In this document: piece by piece, positions 12,601-21,007 of the stretch
How the letters are laid out: every line of letters starts with the position of its first letter
How positions within the stretch are numbered: position 1 is the stretch's first letter
DNA from: a virus
Taxonomy: Duplodnaviria; Caudoviricetes
Length of the DNA: 38,213 nucleotides
Direction: 5' to 3' (one strand)
Virus record (IMG/VR): IMGVR_UViG_3300025429_000036
Coordinates: 1 to 38,213 of that record
Translations under genes and position numbers: made by a program
Notes under the pieces: model-generated
Databases searched by the model: none
Told to the model about the DNA's origin: nothing
What the model saw: only the letters and a program-made list of their open reading frames with translations

Positions 12601-15600
12601 AATGTTTATCATTACCTATCTGTAGGAGATATTATTTCTATTACTGGATTAGATAACGGAACAGACGGAGTATATGAAGTACTAAGTATTCCTTCTCTGA
12701 CATCTTTTTCAGTAGCGACCACCCTTAGTTCAGTTTCAGAACCAACAACAGAAGCGTTATTATTTAAATTTATTAGTGTAAGAATTAATGAATTTGATAA
12801 TATTGATGATTTACAATCTTCATTATCTTTAAAATTTAATGAGAAAGTTTGGGCAGACTCTGGAGAAGGAAACTCTGATTGGGCAAAATGGGCTGTTTAT
12901 CAAAAAATTAATAATTTTAACCCTTCAGTAGAATTTATAAATGGAGTGCAGTCTGTTAATCAATATTTCGGTTATCGATTAGCCTCGTCCGATAATGGAG
13001 ATATATTAGCGGTAAGTTCACCTTATTACTATGATACCAATACCGGATACGGTAAAGTTTTTATTTACAATGGGTTATATAACCAATCACCGACACTGAT
13101 TAGTACGTTTAGTTTAAACAATCCTAATTATCGGGCATCTTCTAATGCTTTAGGAAAATCTTTAATATATGATAAAGATTTTAATATTATTATAGCCGGT
13201 GCTCCTGATGCTAATTTAATTCAGGTCTCTGATACGATTGGTAATTTTGTAACAGATTTTACAACCGGAACTATTAATACACAGTTCGGAGATGAGATTT
13301 ATCTAACAAAAACTTTTAATTCTTTAGGAGGTAAAACTTTATATGTTACTTCACCTTTAGAATCTTTGATTTATACTTTTAATTTAAATGTCTTTAATAC
13401 TGCAACAGGTATTTCCGGAACTTTAGATGCTACAGGCATAATAAATGCTACTACTGGAACTAACAAGTATCTAATTGCCGGCAATATTGATGGGTCTGTG
13501 GTGTTAATTTCTACTCCTAATGTTCAAAATACCAGTTCTTGTGTAAAAATTTATAATGGAACAAATTTAATTGATTCAATTTATCCAGTTTCGGATCTCA
13601 CAAGTAATGATTATTGGGGTTCTGCAATTGCGGTTAACGACGATGGATCTTACTTATTCATATCCTCGACTTCGGTAACTGATAACATTAACGGTCCTGG
13701 TAAGGTTTATGTATATAATAAAATTGGAGGAGCTTATCAATTAATACAAACTCTTCATAATCCTCTTAAAAATCAGGGTTTAAATTTTGGAACACACATT
13801 TCTGTAAAAGATAATACTGTTTATATTTCTTCGAACGGAACACAGCGATTAAATTCAACAATAGATAATGGTACAACAATCTTTGATAATGATACTACTA
13901 GTTTTTATGATGAAATACCTAATTCCGGATCGGTTTATATCTTTGAAAGAAGAAATTCTAAATTTATTTTTGCTAGAGAATTATTCGATAACGGAACAGT
14001 ATTAAATGGAAGCAATTACGGAGCTAGCATTGTTATTTCTAATGGAAGTGTGTTTGTAGGAGCACCAACCGCTTCTCCGGATCATGGCGCTTTTTATCAA
14101 TTCTCGCAGATTGTTAAAGATTCGAATACTTGGACAATATTAAGACAGCAAGATGATTTGGTAGATATTTCTAAAATTAAAAGAGCTGTAACAATTGATA
14201 GTCAAAAATCTAAAATTATTGATTACTTGGATATTTTCGATCCAGTAAAAGGTAAAATTTTAGGTATTGCGGATCAAGAACTTAGATATAAAACGGCATT
14301 TGATCCTGCAATATATAGTATTGGTACTCAAGGGGTAAACGTAGATACTAATACCAGTTGGATTGAAGATCATGTAGGCGAATTATGGTGGGATTTATCT
14401 ACAGTCAAATATGTTTGGTATGAACAAAGTGATTTAGAATATAGAAAAAACTCGTGGGGTCAACTATTCCCAGGATGTAGCATAGATGTTTATGAGTGGG
14501 TTAAGAGCGAGTATCTTCCAAGCCAATGGAGTTCTTTAGCAGACACTATTGATGGGTTGTCTAAGAATATTAGTGGTCAACCTAAATATCCTGATAACAG
14601 CGTTATAAGTGTAAAACAATATTATGATTCTAGTACAGGTGCAGCAACTAATGTATATTTTTATTGGGTTAAGAACACTGTAGTTGTTCCAAATGCAAAA
14701 AATAGAAGAATTTCTGCAAATGAAGTTTCTAACTTAATTTATAATCCTTCTAGTAACGGAACTAAATTTGTTTCTCCATTATCACAAAATGCAATTGCAG
14801 TGACTAATGTAAAAAATGATCTCGATTCTAATAATATCTATCTGAATATTTCTTCTGATTCTATTAATAATAATATTAACCAGCACACTGAATGGGTCTT
14901 ATTAAGCGAAGGTGATGAAAAATACATGCCTACTACTATGCTTAATAAAAAATTAATCGATAGTTTAGTCGGTTATGATAGTTTAGGAAATATTATTCCA
15001 GATCCGTTACTGAGTGATCGACAAAAATATGGAATAGAGATTAGACCAAGACAGAGCATGTTTGTAGATAGAACAGAAGCATTACGTAATATTATCGAAT
15101 ATGTTAATAGTATTCTTTCTCAATATCGTATTTCAGATATTGCTAATTTTACTACTTTAAACAGTAAAGAAGAAATACCTGACATATATTCTAAAACTTA
15201 CGATTTGATTGTTGATTCATATGATGAATTAACTAGTTTAGTCACGGTTGACAAAATCACAGCTTTATTAACTTGTCAGATCAATAATGGTTCAATATCA
15301 AATGTACAGATTGTTAATTCCGGAACCTCATATGGAAATCTATTACCTATTGAATTAGATAATCTAGGTAACCCTATAACATGGGCTGGTCCGACGGTTG
15401 AAATAATACCTATTTCTGGGGATAATCTCAATAATGCAGCAATTTCGACTATTGTTAATGAGACAGGGAATATTATATCAGCCTCTATAGATAATGCAGG
15501 AACAGGATTTAGTCAACCGCCTAGTCTCGTGGTGAGACCTTATACTGTGATAGTAAGATCCGATATTAATAGTAACAATCTCTGGGCCAAGTATCAAAGA

Positions 15601-18600
15601 ATTAATAATAAATGGGTTAAAGTACATACACAAGACTACGATACTACCCAATACTGGTCTTATACTGATTGGGTCAGTGAAGATTATGATAGATTAAAAC
15701 CGTTAGCAGCCACAATAGATGGAGTTTGGCAATTAAATGAAATTAATATTTCTAATGGTTCTTACGTAAAAGTTAACAACCAAGGCAACGGTAGATATAT
15801 TATTTTAGAAAAAATCGAGTCAGGTGGAAACTTCGGAGAAGAATATAATTTAGTTCGAAGTGAAAATGCTACTATACAGCTTAGTGATAACTTGTGGAAT
15901 TTAAAGAATAGTTATTATAATTATGATTATCATTTTACATATGACCAAACTTTATATGATCAAACCCCTATAACAGAATTGATTAATATTTTAAATGCCA
16001 TTAAAAATGATATATTTGTAGGGTCTTTAAAAGTTTACTGGAATTATACTTTCTTCAAAGCAGTAAAATATGCATTTACTGAACAGAAATTTTTAGATTG
16101 GGCATTTAAGACAGCATTCTTAAATGTAAAGAATTTAGCAGGATCTTTAGATCAACGACCAGTTTATAGATTTCAAAATAGTACCTATTATGAAGAGTAT
16201 CTAGAAGAAGTTAAACCTTATCATAGTAAAATTAGAAATTATCAAGTAAATTATGACACTTCGGATAATTCTAACTCATATATGACAGATTTTGATCTTC
16301 CTTCTTATTATGATCAAACTCAACAATCTTTCATAAATGTACTCGACGATGGCAAATTATTAAATCAATATCCTTGGAAATCCTGGAATGACCATTATAC
16401 ATTATCAGTCGAAAGTGCAGTTGTTTCTTATCCAGGAAGTGGATATACTGCAGTTCCTCGAGTAGAGATAATTTCAGCAGATGGAGATACCGGAAGTGGA
16501 GCCACAGGTGAGGCACATATTTCTCTAGGAAAGGTAACTTCAGTTGTTATAACTAATCCGGGAAGTGGATATACAAAAACTCCTACAATATTATTAGTAG
16601 GTGGCGGATCTACTTCATTATCGCCTGCTAAAGTCTATGCTAGAATGTCTAACAATAAAGTTAGAAGAAACATTTTAGAAATGAAATTTGATAGAATAAC
16701 TCCATTCAACGAGATAGATAATAATACAGTTTATGATAGATTTATCGCTGATGGAAATACTTATGAATTTACTTTAACATGGCCGGCTGAACATAAAAAA
16801 TCTAATATTTCTGTTGTAATAAGCAATAATGATATAGGAACAAGAGTTCTAGCGTCTCAATATGATATTATTACAACCAAACAATTAGTCGACGGATATC
16901 ATAGACTAGTATCAACATTGGTATTAAATTCTATTCCAACTGTCGGACAGATAGTTTCAATAACTTATAATAAAAATATCAATATATTCAATGCTGTTGG
17001 AAGGATCGGGTATTATTATCAACCTACAATAGGGATGCCGGGCAATGATGTATCTCAGTTAATGAATGGAATAGATTTTCCATCGGTTCAAGTACAAGGA
17101 TTGATGTTTGATTATACCACTAATTGGGATATGTCTCCATTAGGCGAGTCATTGTATGGTGATGATTCTAGTTATTATACAACTGCAACTGTTTCTTCTG
17201 CAGCATTAGCTGGAACTAATACATTAATTGTTAGTAACTTAACCGGTATATATCCGGGCTTAAGAGTTAATACAGTATCTTTAAATACAAATACAACTAA
17301 TAATAATAAATTTAACGATTCTTCGGTAGTTGTTGTCGGTATTGTATCTACAGCTAGTTCCGTAATCTTTAGTTCGACTATTACAGAAGCAATAGTAGCA
17401 GGAACAATTCTTTTAGAATTTTGGGAATATAATCTTACTCCAGGGGTATTAGATACTATATTAGATGGAGGAGATCTAGGTTATACCACTGCATTAGGAA
17501 TAAATCCAGAAGATACAATAGTCGATGGAGAAAGTTTTATATCTCCTTATACAAGCAATAGCCCTGAAGAAATGATAAAGGGAGAAATGTATGAAAGCGT
17601 GGGTATATCAGTTTATACTCGAACACATTCGGGAAGTCCGTTAGTTGTTCATTCTATTAACCAAATTACTCAAACTGGTACAAGTACAACATTTAGCTTG
17701 CCGATGATGCCTCCTAATGATGCATCAACTATGGTGGTGTTTAATAATTCAGTATTAACCTACGGATATGATTATAGTATAGATTTTAATAATAATACAA
17801 TTAATATCAATACACAGACTAGCACTGGAGTATTAGGAATAACAGTTGTAGGAATAGGCGGGGTTGATTTAATTTCTAGCGATTTTGCAACGGTTACAAA
17901 TTCTTCAACCATAAGTGTACATGTCGGGTTTGCTGACGAGATCGGAAGTATATATGCTACTTTAAACGGAGTACAGCTGACCAGTGATCAATACTTATTA
18001 AGTTCTGGAAAATTAATTGTAAATGGTATTAGTACCGGTACAAATACACTGCAGGCCTGGTCATTTTCGTCAATTCATCATCAATTTAGCAATGTAACGG
18101 AAGAATATTTTATCGGTGACGGAGTAACAACGTCTTATCAATTATCCGTATATCCAGGAAATTTAGGCCCGGCTAACGCACAGGCTATTGTTGAAATAGA
18201 TGGAAAACGATTAATTTCTCCTACAACTGTATATTATTCAGTATCAGGAGGACAAACAATATTCTTAATTGATCCTAATACCACTTATCCTTCAGGAACT
18301 TTTGATTCAAGTGAATTAGAAATATTTGTTAATGGTATTAAGATTAGAAATGGTATTGATTTTTACGTAGATCAGCCAAATAATACTGTTGTATTTTATC
18401 CAGGGTTCTTGCAAACCGGCGATGCTATGGCTATAACAAACCATACTTTCAGTGATTATTATTTTGATGATGGATACATTTATATTAAACCTACTGCAAA
18501 CTATGGATTAGGCAATTTATTAAAAGTAATATCTTTCACGGACGGAGATAATAGCTTAATTAGAACCGACACTTTCATATCTCGACCATCAAATCGGTAC

Positions 18601-19704
18601 AATTTAAGTCGTCCGATATTAAGTGATCAATATGTTTGGGTAACTGTTGAAAATAATGCATTAATTAATGGTATAGATTTTTATTTAGATAGTACTGGAA
18701 GTGTATTGTCTATTAGAGACACTTATCCTTATATTCCCGGCCAAACAATTTCGGTATTAAGCATGACTAATTCTTATTTAAATAAAGGAGCGGTCGGATA
18801 TAGAGTCTTTACAGATATTTTAGGTAGATCACAATTTAAACGAATTAGTAGAGATAATACTACTCGTTTAGCAGAGCCTTTATATTCTACCTCAACTACA
18901 ATTGTAGTTGAAAATGCAGATGTATTAACTGAACCTGATTTAGTTAAAAAAATACCAGGATCTATTTTAATTAACGGAGAATGGATAGAATTTTTAAATA
19001 TTAATCATAACGTATTGAGTAATCTAAGAAGAAGTACTTTAGGAACAGGAGCGAAATCTGTTTACCCTGCAGGAACTTCGGTGATAGATCAAGGTATATA
19101 TCAAAATGCTCCTTATAAAGAAAGCACAATAAAACAAGTACTTACAGTTACTAATACCAGCTCGTATTTAATTAATGGTATTAATTTAAATACAGGCACT
19201 TTAAATGATCAGTTCACCGTGTTGTATGCAGGAACTGTTTTAAAGAAAGACGGATATTATAAGCAAGACATCTCAGTAAGTTATGATACATATCCATATA
19301 ATATAATTGGTACAGTTTCTACTGCTACTACCGCTACTTTTTCAAAATCTGTTAAATTATATGATTCTTATTTGGTTACAACAACTAATCAAATGTGGAT
19401 TTATTTAGATTCAAATAATATATCGTCTATTAACGGATTTATATACACTGGGCTAAATTATGTAGAACCGGATTATTCGATTAATAATTTAACTTCTTAT
19501 GGTACAACAGGAACAGCTATTTTAAATTTAAATTTAACAAATTTAATAACTGGTACTCAAATTACCCTACTACAAAAAGTCGCAGCAAATACCATGTATG
19601 CCGCAACTAATACTTCTATTTTAGTTGATAACGGTCTATTTGGTGTATTTTTACGTGATGCACCAACAGCTCTTCCGGATAAATATTACTATGGACAATT
19701 ATAA
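6688..19704 (+). CDS. Giant multidomain virion structural protein (4338 aa), probable baseplate wedge/adhesin
   Basis: Uninterrupted 13-kb ORF with AAGGA SD, directly after gp6-like. Contains CBM5/12-like motifs (WTENTLYQAGQVVEYNNQYY; WQSYKDYTAADVVKYSGKYY), FG-GAP-like propeller repeats and PGSGYT repeats. Confidence 0.75.
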   Translation: MSNSNNKNRKSVNLLPSYFQTDKNSKFLSGTIDPLYSVPSLTRISGFVGSKLSATYNSLTDVYVNNANVNETDLRSKYQLEPALINQDSLGNIKNSIAFDDLVNQLSFYGSTTNNFNKLFAPDVNSYDPYIDWDKFVNFREYYWLPLGPDPITVYGQQRNTISTYTVTDSSDGSYFIFTPDGLTEDPVLTFYRGVTYVFNVNSKHTFYIKTNNGPGQEGSVTGSGVSQGQIIFTVTDTMPGMLYYASDDINVIPGNILVKNITENSYLDIENDIIGKATYTTASGIEFINGLKINFEGNITPSFYSGKDFIVEGVGDSIKLVDFSTLQTPETISTQFDVNFDATPFDDYPFDNFQNLPLTPEYVTINRSSQDLNPWSRYNRWFHSDVIRTSAAANGIIPDFPVERRAVYPIVEFKSNLQLYNFGTNSISSVDLIDQTNQDVFSTIEGSTSSTVDGLPLQPGQKVIFNADTDPLIRGKVYEVTLSRINGVYKINLVKVIDPVFGNSVVILSGNTGKAVEWWFNGSEWVLSQQRTRLNQAPLFDLFDNNGNSYSDRSYYDSIFSGNKIFGYAIGSGANDPVLGFPLLYKNIGVEGLFLFQNYFNSDIIKLLAPDSVTEIPTSETFLRINNGDLGFKFVNIWTKGSEYQIPVQQFQTVSSGNTVPITVFDNSASIEDLSLEVFINNNKLKSSNYNVIRNKDDLNLQFNKSFNTATNVLINLYTSKNPNETGKYQTPINLTNNPLNGKILQFTFSEISDHVKSMIDRDPRFVGDYPGVSNLKSLPDISKYGSRIITNNNPLAFSQEFIGNIEHSLIPSTRMVGNDYYQFKLNLIKNISNADTNLSISDSLDQVINELNLSKNSSFPYSQSDMVAYGNSNSKQTYTITDSRNTIYPLSIGFSLNSLSFRSVLLYLNEKLLVHGQDYIFNEEYSTVEIISNLTVGDILIIKDYNSTVGNYIPPTPTKLGIYPKYIPSIFIDYSYINPQVVLQGHDGSISIAYTTIDQFNQENYDFRDLLLLEFELRVFNNLKTEYNQELMNIDKILPGIFRQNNYSYQEIYKLVEADFIKWATTFNINYIENVTYDVNEYKSYNYSSSFDYLGNPLSIGGWRGIYKYYFDTDRPDTCPWEMLGFSVMPSWWESEYGPAPYTSGNLNLWEDLEAGLIRQGSRAGIDLTYARPGLTNIIPVDEHGNIVDLRYWNGITIEGSFNNTDQNWNFGDYAPAETAWRRSSLWPFAVQIILALTKPADYAAKMYDPARLSKDITGQYRYGPYNDFLNLKSVYIFSDNDTLTSGYSMMVVERGRKRSSGYLSILKEDLSYVDFNLFYKAGGFLSKDKLEILIDSVSPNSASPGVLLPNENYDLFYNISNPIKSLSISGIIVEKRNAQFVVKGYDKENPYFTVKLPIHKNNDTIVNVGGKSLPYLHWTENTLYQAGQVVEYNNQYYTVNLTTNSGNSFNITEYIKLSQLPIIGGSTAYDTIEFEEENTIIPYGTSFDTIQEVYDIIVGYGQYLIGQGFQFNQYNSELGVILNWKYSAKEFLYWTTQGWANGSIITISPFANQIDLQFTNSVVDNVLNSFYEYSLLTANGQPFPYNDFNISRKDNICSITVQNTNQGLYFAKLNLIQKEHAIILNNTSMFGDIIYDIETGYRQSRIKISGFITGDWNGDYLSPGFVYDEAVISDWQSYKDYTAADVVKYSGKYYSAKTNLPGVATFNFNSWNSLGSKPIARLLPNFDYKISQFEDFYSLDIDNFDAGQQKMAQHLLGYTPRDYLTNIIVDPIAQYKFYQGFIKEKGTANAINKLAKASIHNLQGQLNFKEEWAFRIGSYGNYTTYNEIEFPLKELEFKENSQIIKFVEQSFTKNNDSLSYILPNDLSISPSNYSPNNVFSVVSSCTYLSNNLLLPTAGYVRTDDISATAYNKNSLFDIANNGNLNDGDTIWLGFKSNNDWDVLRYTKQTAKVIESSILNPASSLLFKTNVYHYLSVGDIISITGLDNGTDGVYEVLSIPSLTSFSVATTLSSVSEPTTEALLFKFISVRINEFDNIDDLQSSLSLKFNEKVWADSGEGNSDWAKWAVYQKINNFNPSVEFINGVQSVNQYFGYRLASSDNGDILAVSSPYYYDTNTGYGKVFIYNGLYNQSPTLISTFSLNNPNYRASSNALGKSLIYDKDFNIIIAGAPDANLIQVSDTIGNFVTDFTTGTINTQFGDEIYLTKTFNSLGGKTLYVTSPLESLIYTFNLNVFNTATGISGTLDATGIINATTGTNKYLIAGNIDGSVVLISTPNVQNTSSCVKIYNGTNLIDSIYPVSDLTSNDYWGSAIAVNDDGSYLFISSTSVTDNINGPGKVYVYNKIGGAYQLIQTLHNPLKNQGLNFGTHISVKDNTVYISSNGTQRLNSTIDNGTTIFDNDTTSFYDEIPNSGSVYIFERRNSKFIFARELFDNGTVLNGSNYGASIVISNGSVFVGAPTASPDHGAFYQFSQIVKDSNTWTILRQQDDLVDISKIKRAVTIDSQKSKIIDYLDIFDPVKGKILGIADQELRYKTAFDPAIYSIGTQGVNVDTNTSWIEDHVGELWWDLSTVKYVWYEQSDLEYRKNSWGQLFPGCSIDVYEWVKSEYLPSQWSSLADTIDGLSKNISGQPKYPDNSVISVKQYYDSSTGAATNVYFYWVKNTVVVPNAKNRRISANEVSNLIYNPSSNGTKFVSPLSQNAIAVTNVKNDLDSNNIYLNISSDSINNNINQHTEWVLLSEGDEKYMPTTMLNKKLIDSLVGYDSLGNIIPDPLLSDRQKYGIEIRPRQSMFVDRTEALRNIIEYVNSILSQYRISDIANFTTLNSKEEIPDIYSKTYDLIVDSYDELTSLVTVDKITALLTCQINNGSISNVQIVNSGTSYGNLLPIELDNLGNPITWAGPTVEIIPISGDNLNNAAISTIVNETGNIISASIDNAGTGFSQPPSLVVRPYTVIVRSDINSNNLWAKYQRINNKWVKVHTQDYDTTQYWSYTDWVSEDYDRLKPLAATIDGVWQLNEINISNGSYVKVNNQGNGRYIILEKIESGGNFGEEYNLVRSENATIQLSDNLWNLKNSYYNYDYHFTYDQTLYDQTPITELINILNAIKNDIFVGSLKVYWNYTFFKAVKYAFTEQKFLDWAFKTAFLNVKNLAGSLDQRPVYRFQNSTYYEEYLEEVKPYHSKIRNYQVNYDTSDNSNSYMTDFDLPSYYDQTQQSFINVLDDGKLLNQYPWKSWNDHYTLSVESAVVSYPGSGYTAVPRVEIISADGDTGSGATGEAHISLGKVTSVVITNPGSGYTKTPTILLVGGGSTSLSPAKVYARMSNNKVRRNILEMKFDRITPFNEIDNNTVYDRFIADGNTYEFTLTWPAEHKKSNISVVISNNDIGTRVLASQYDIITTKQLVDGYHRLVSTLVLNSIPTVGQIVSITYNKNINIFNAVGRIGYYYQPTIGMPGNDVSQLMNGIDFPSVQVQGLMFDYTTNWDMSPLGESLYGDDSSYYTTATVSSAALAGTNTLIVSNLTGIYPGLRVNTVSLNTNTTNNNKFNDSSVVVVGIVSTASSVIFSSTITEAIVAGTILLEFWEYNLTPGVLDTILDGGDLGYTTALGINPEDTIVDGESFISPYTSNSPEEMIKGEMYESVGISVYTRTHSGSPLVVHSINQITQTGTSTTFSLPMMPPNDASTMVVFNNSVLTYGYDYSIDFNNNTININTQTSTGVLGITVVGIGGVDLISSDFATVTNSSTISVHVGFADEIGSIYATLNGVQLTSDQYLLSSGKLIVNGISTGTNTLQAWSFSSIHHQFSNVTEEYFIGDGVTTSYQLSVYPGNLGPANAQAIVEIDGKRLISPTTVYYSVSGGQTIFLIDPNTTYPSGTFDSSELEIFVNGIKIRNGIDFYVDQPNNTVVFYPGFLQTGDAMAITNHTFSDYYFDDGYIYIKPTANYGLGNLLKVISFTDGDNSLIRTDTFISRPSNRYNLSRPILSDQYVWVTVENNALINGIDFYLDSTGSVLSIRDTYPYIPGQTISVLSMTNSYLNKGAVGYRVFTDILGRSQFKRISRDNTTRLAEPLYSTSTTIVVENADVLTEPDLVKKIPGSILINGEWIEFLNINHNVLSNLRRSTLGTGAKSVYPAGTSVIDQGIYQNAPYKESTIKQVLTVTNTSSYLINGINLNTGTLNDQFTVLYAGTVLKKDGYYKQDISVSYDTYPYNIIGTVSTATTATFSKSVKLYDSYLVTTTNQMWIYLDSNNISSINGFIYTGLNYVEPDYSINNLTSYGTTGTAILNLNLTNLITGTQITLLQKVAANTMYAATNTSILVDNGLFGVFLRDAPTALPDKYYYGQL
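19679..19685 (+). promoter_or_regulatory. T4 late-promoter-like box (ATAAATA)
   Basis: 5 nt before ATG 19691, the same spacing as at 2725-2737. Confidence 0.45.
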
Positions 19705-20359
19705 AAAAGAAAAAATGGATGAAAATATGATACAAAATCATCAAAATTCAAAAAATCCTAATGAATTAGGATCTCTGAGAATACAAGGACATATTAAAAT
19801 TTATGATCCTCAAACAGAGGAAATTTTTGTTGATAAAAGAAATGCAATTCATTATGAGAATTTCTCAATCGCATTAGCTAATAGTGTTGCTAATATTGGG
19901 CAAAGTTTTATTTCTGAAATGGCGTTTGGGAATGGTGGCAGTCGTATAGACCCAACTGGTATTATCACGTATCTTACTCCGAATGTAATAGGATCTAATG
20001 CTGCTTTGTATAATCAAACTTATTATAAAGTAGTAGATTCTAGTAATCCGTATGATGTTGATCCTTCTAGAAATTTTATGGAAGTTCGACATATTCCAGG
20101 AACCTATTATTCTGACGTGTTAGTAAGTTGTTTACTCGATTTTGGTGAACCTGCAGGACAACCTGCATTTGATTCTAGCGTTTCTTCTAATAATACTTTT
20201 GTATTTGATGAATTAGGGCTCAGAGGATACGATCCTACTGGTCAAAATTTAGGCCCATTACTTACGCATGTAATTTTCCATCCAGTACAGAAGGCCTTAA
20301 ACAGATTAATTCAGATAGATTATACTGTTAGAATACAAAGTCTAACTAACGGAAGTTAA
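19691..20359 (+). CDS. Conserved virion structural protein (probable baseplate/fibre attachment)
   Basis: GHIKIYD...KRNAIHYENFS...FGNGG...FDELGL...THVIFHPVQKALNRLIQIDYTVRI; between giant protein and fibres. Start moved from the track's 19625 (deep overlap) to ATG 19691; 19715 is an alternative. Confidence 0.6.
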   Translation: MDNYKKEKMDENMIQNHQNSKNPNELGSLRIQGHIKIYDPQTEEIFVDKRNAIHYENFSIALANSVANIGQSFISEMAFGNGGSRIDPTGIITYLTPNVIGSNAALYNQTYYKVVDSSNPYDVDPSRNFMEVRHIPGTYYSDVLVSCLLDFGEPAGQPAFDSSVSSNNTFVFDELGLRGYDPTGQNLGPLLTHVIFHPVQKALNRLIQIDYTVRIQSLTNGS

Positions 20360-20361
20360 AA

Positions 20362-21003
20362 ATGCCTTACGTAATATCAAAATCGGATCCCACTCAGCCA
20401 TTAGTCACTATACCAGATAATAGCATTAATGTTACTGATACTAGTTTAACGTTAATCGGAAAGAATTATCCTAATTACGGGCAAGCATTTGCTGCAAACT
20501 TCCTTCATTTATTAGAAAATTTTTCTTATTCTTCACCTCCTGCCAATGCAACAGCTGGTCAATTATGGTTTAATAACTCTACTCTAACACTATCAGTATT
20601 TGATGGATTAAATTGGAATGCTGTTAATTCTTTTAATTCTAATACTATAACATCTTTACCTGCAGAAACTTCTGCATCAGGTGAAGCGGTTTTAGTAATA
20701 TCAGATAACGGCAATGCGTTGAGTATATCTAAAACAAACTTTCTAGCAGATGTTCCTACACCACAGACGGGAATGATAGTAAGTTGGCCTTCAACAACCA
20801 TTCCTCCACCTAGTGGTTGGTTATTGTGTGATGGATCATCTTATTATAGATATGATTATCCTTCATTATATTCTGTTATAGGAATAAATTACGGAAATGC
20901 AGCGATAGATTATTTTAATGTTCCGAGCATTGTAGGAATGCCGGTTGCAAATGGATCATTAACTTATAATTCTACATCAACAACATATATTATAAAGACT
21001 TAA
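20362..21003 (+). CDS. Short tail-fibre protein with tail-collar domain
   Basis: Shared N-domain (GKNYPNYGQ...LLENF...GQLWF) plus collar motif GMIVSW...PSGWLLCDGSSY...YPSLYSVIG..YG...FNVP. Confidence 0.8.
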   Translation: MPYVISKSDPTQPLVTIPDNSINVTDTSLTLIGKNYPNYGQAFAANFLHLLENFSYSSPPANATAGQLWFNNSTLTLSVFDGLNWNAVNSFNSNTITSLPAETSASGEAVLVISDNGNALSISKTNFLADVPTPQTGMIVSWPSTTIPPPSGWLLCDGSSYYRYDYPSLYSVIGINYGNAAIDYFNVPSIVGMPVANGSLTYNSTSTTYIIKT

Positions 21004-21007
21004 GGAC

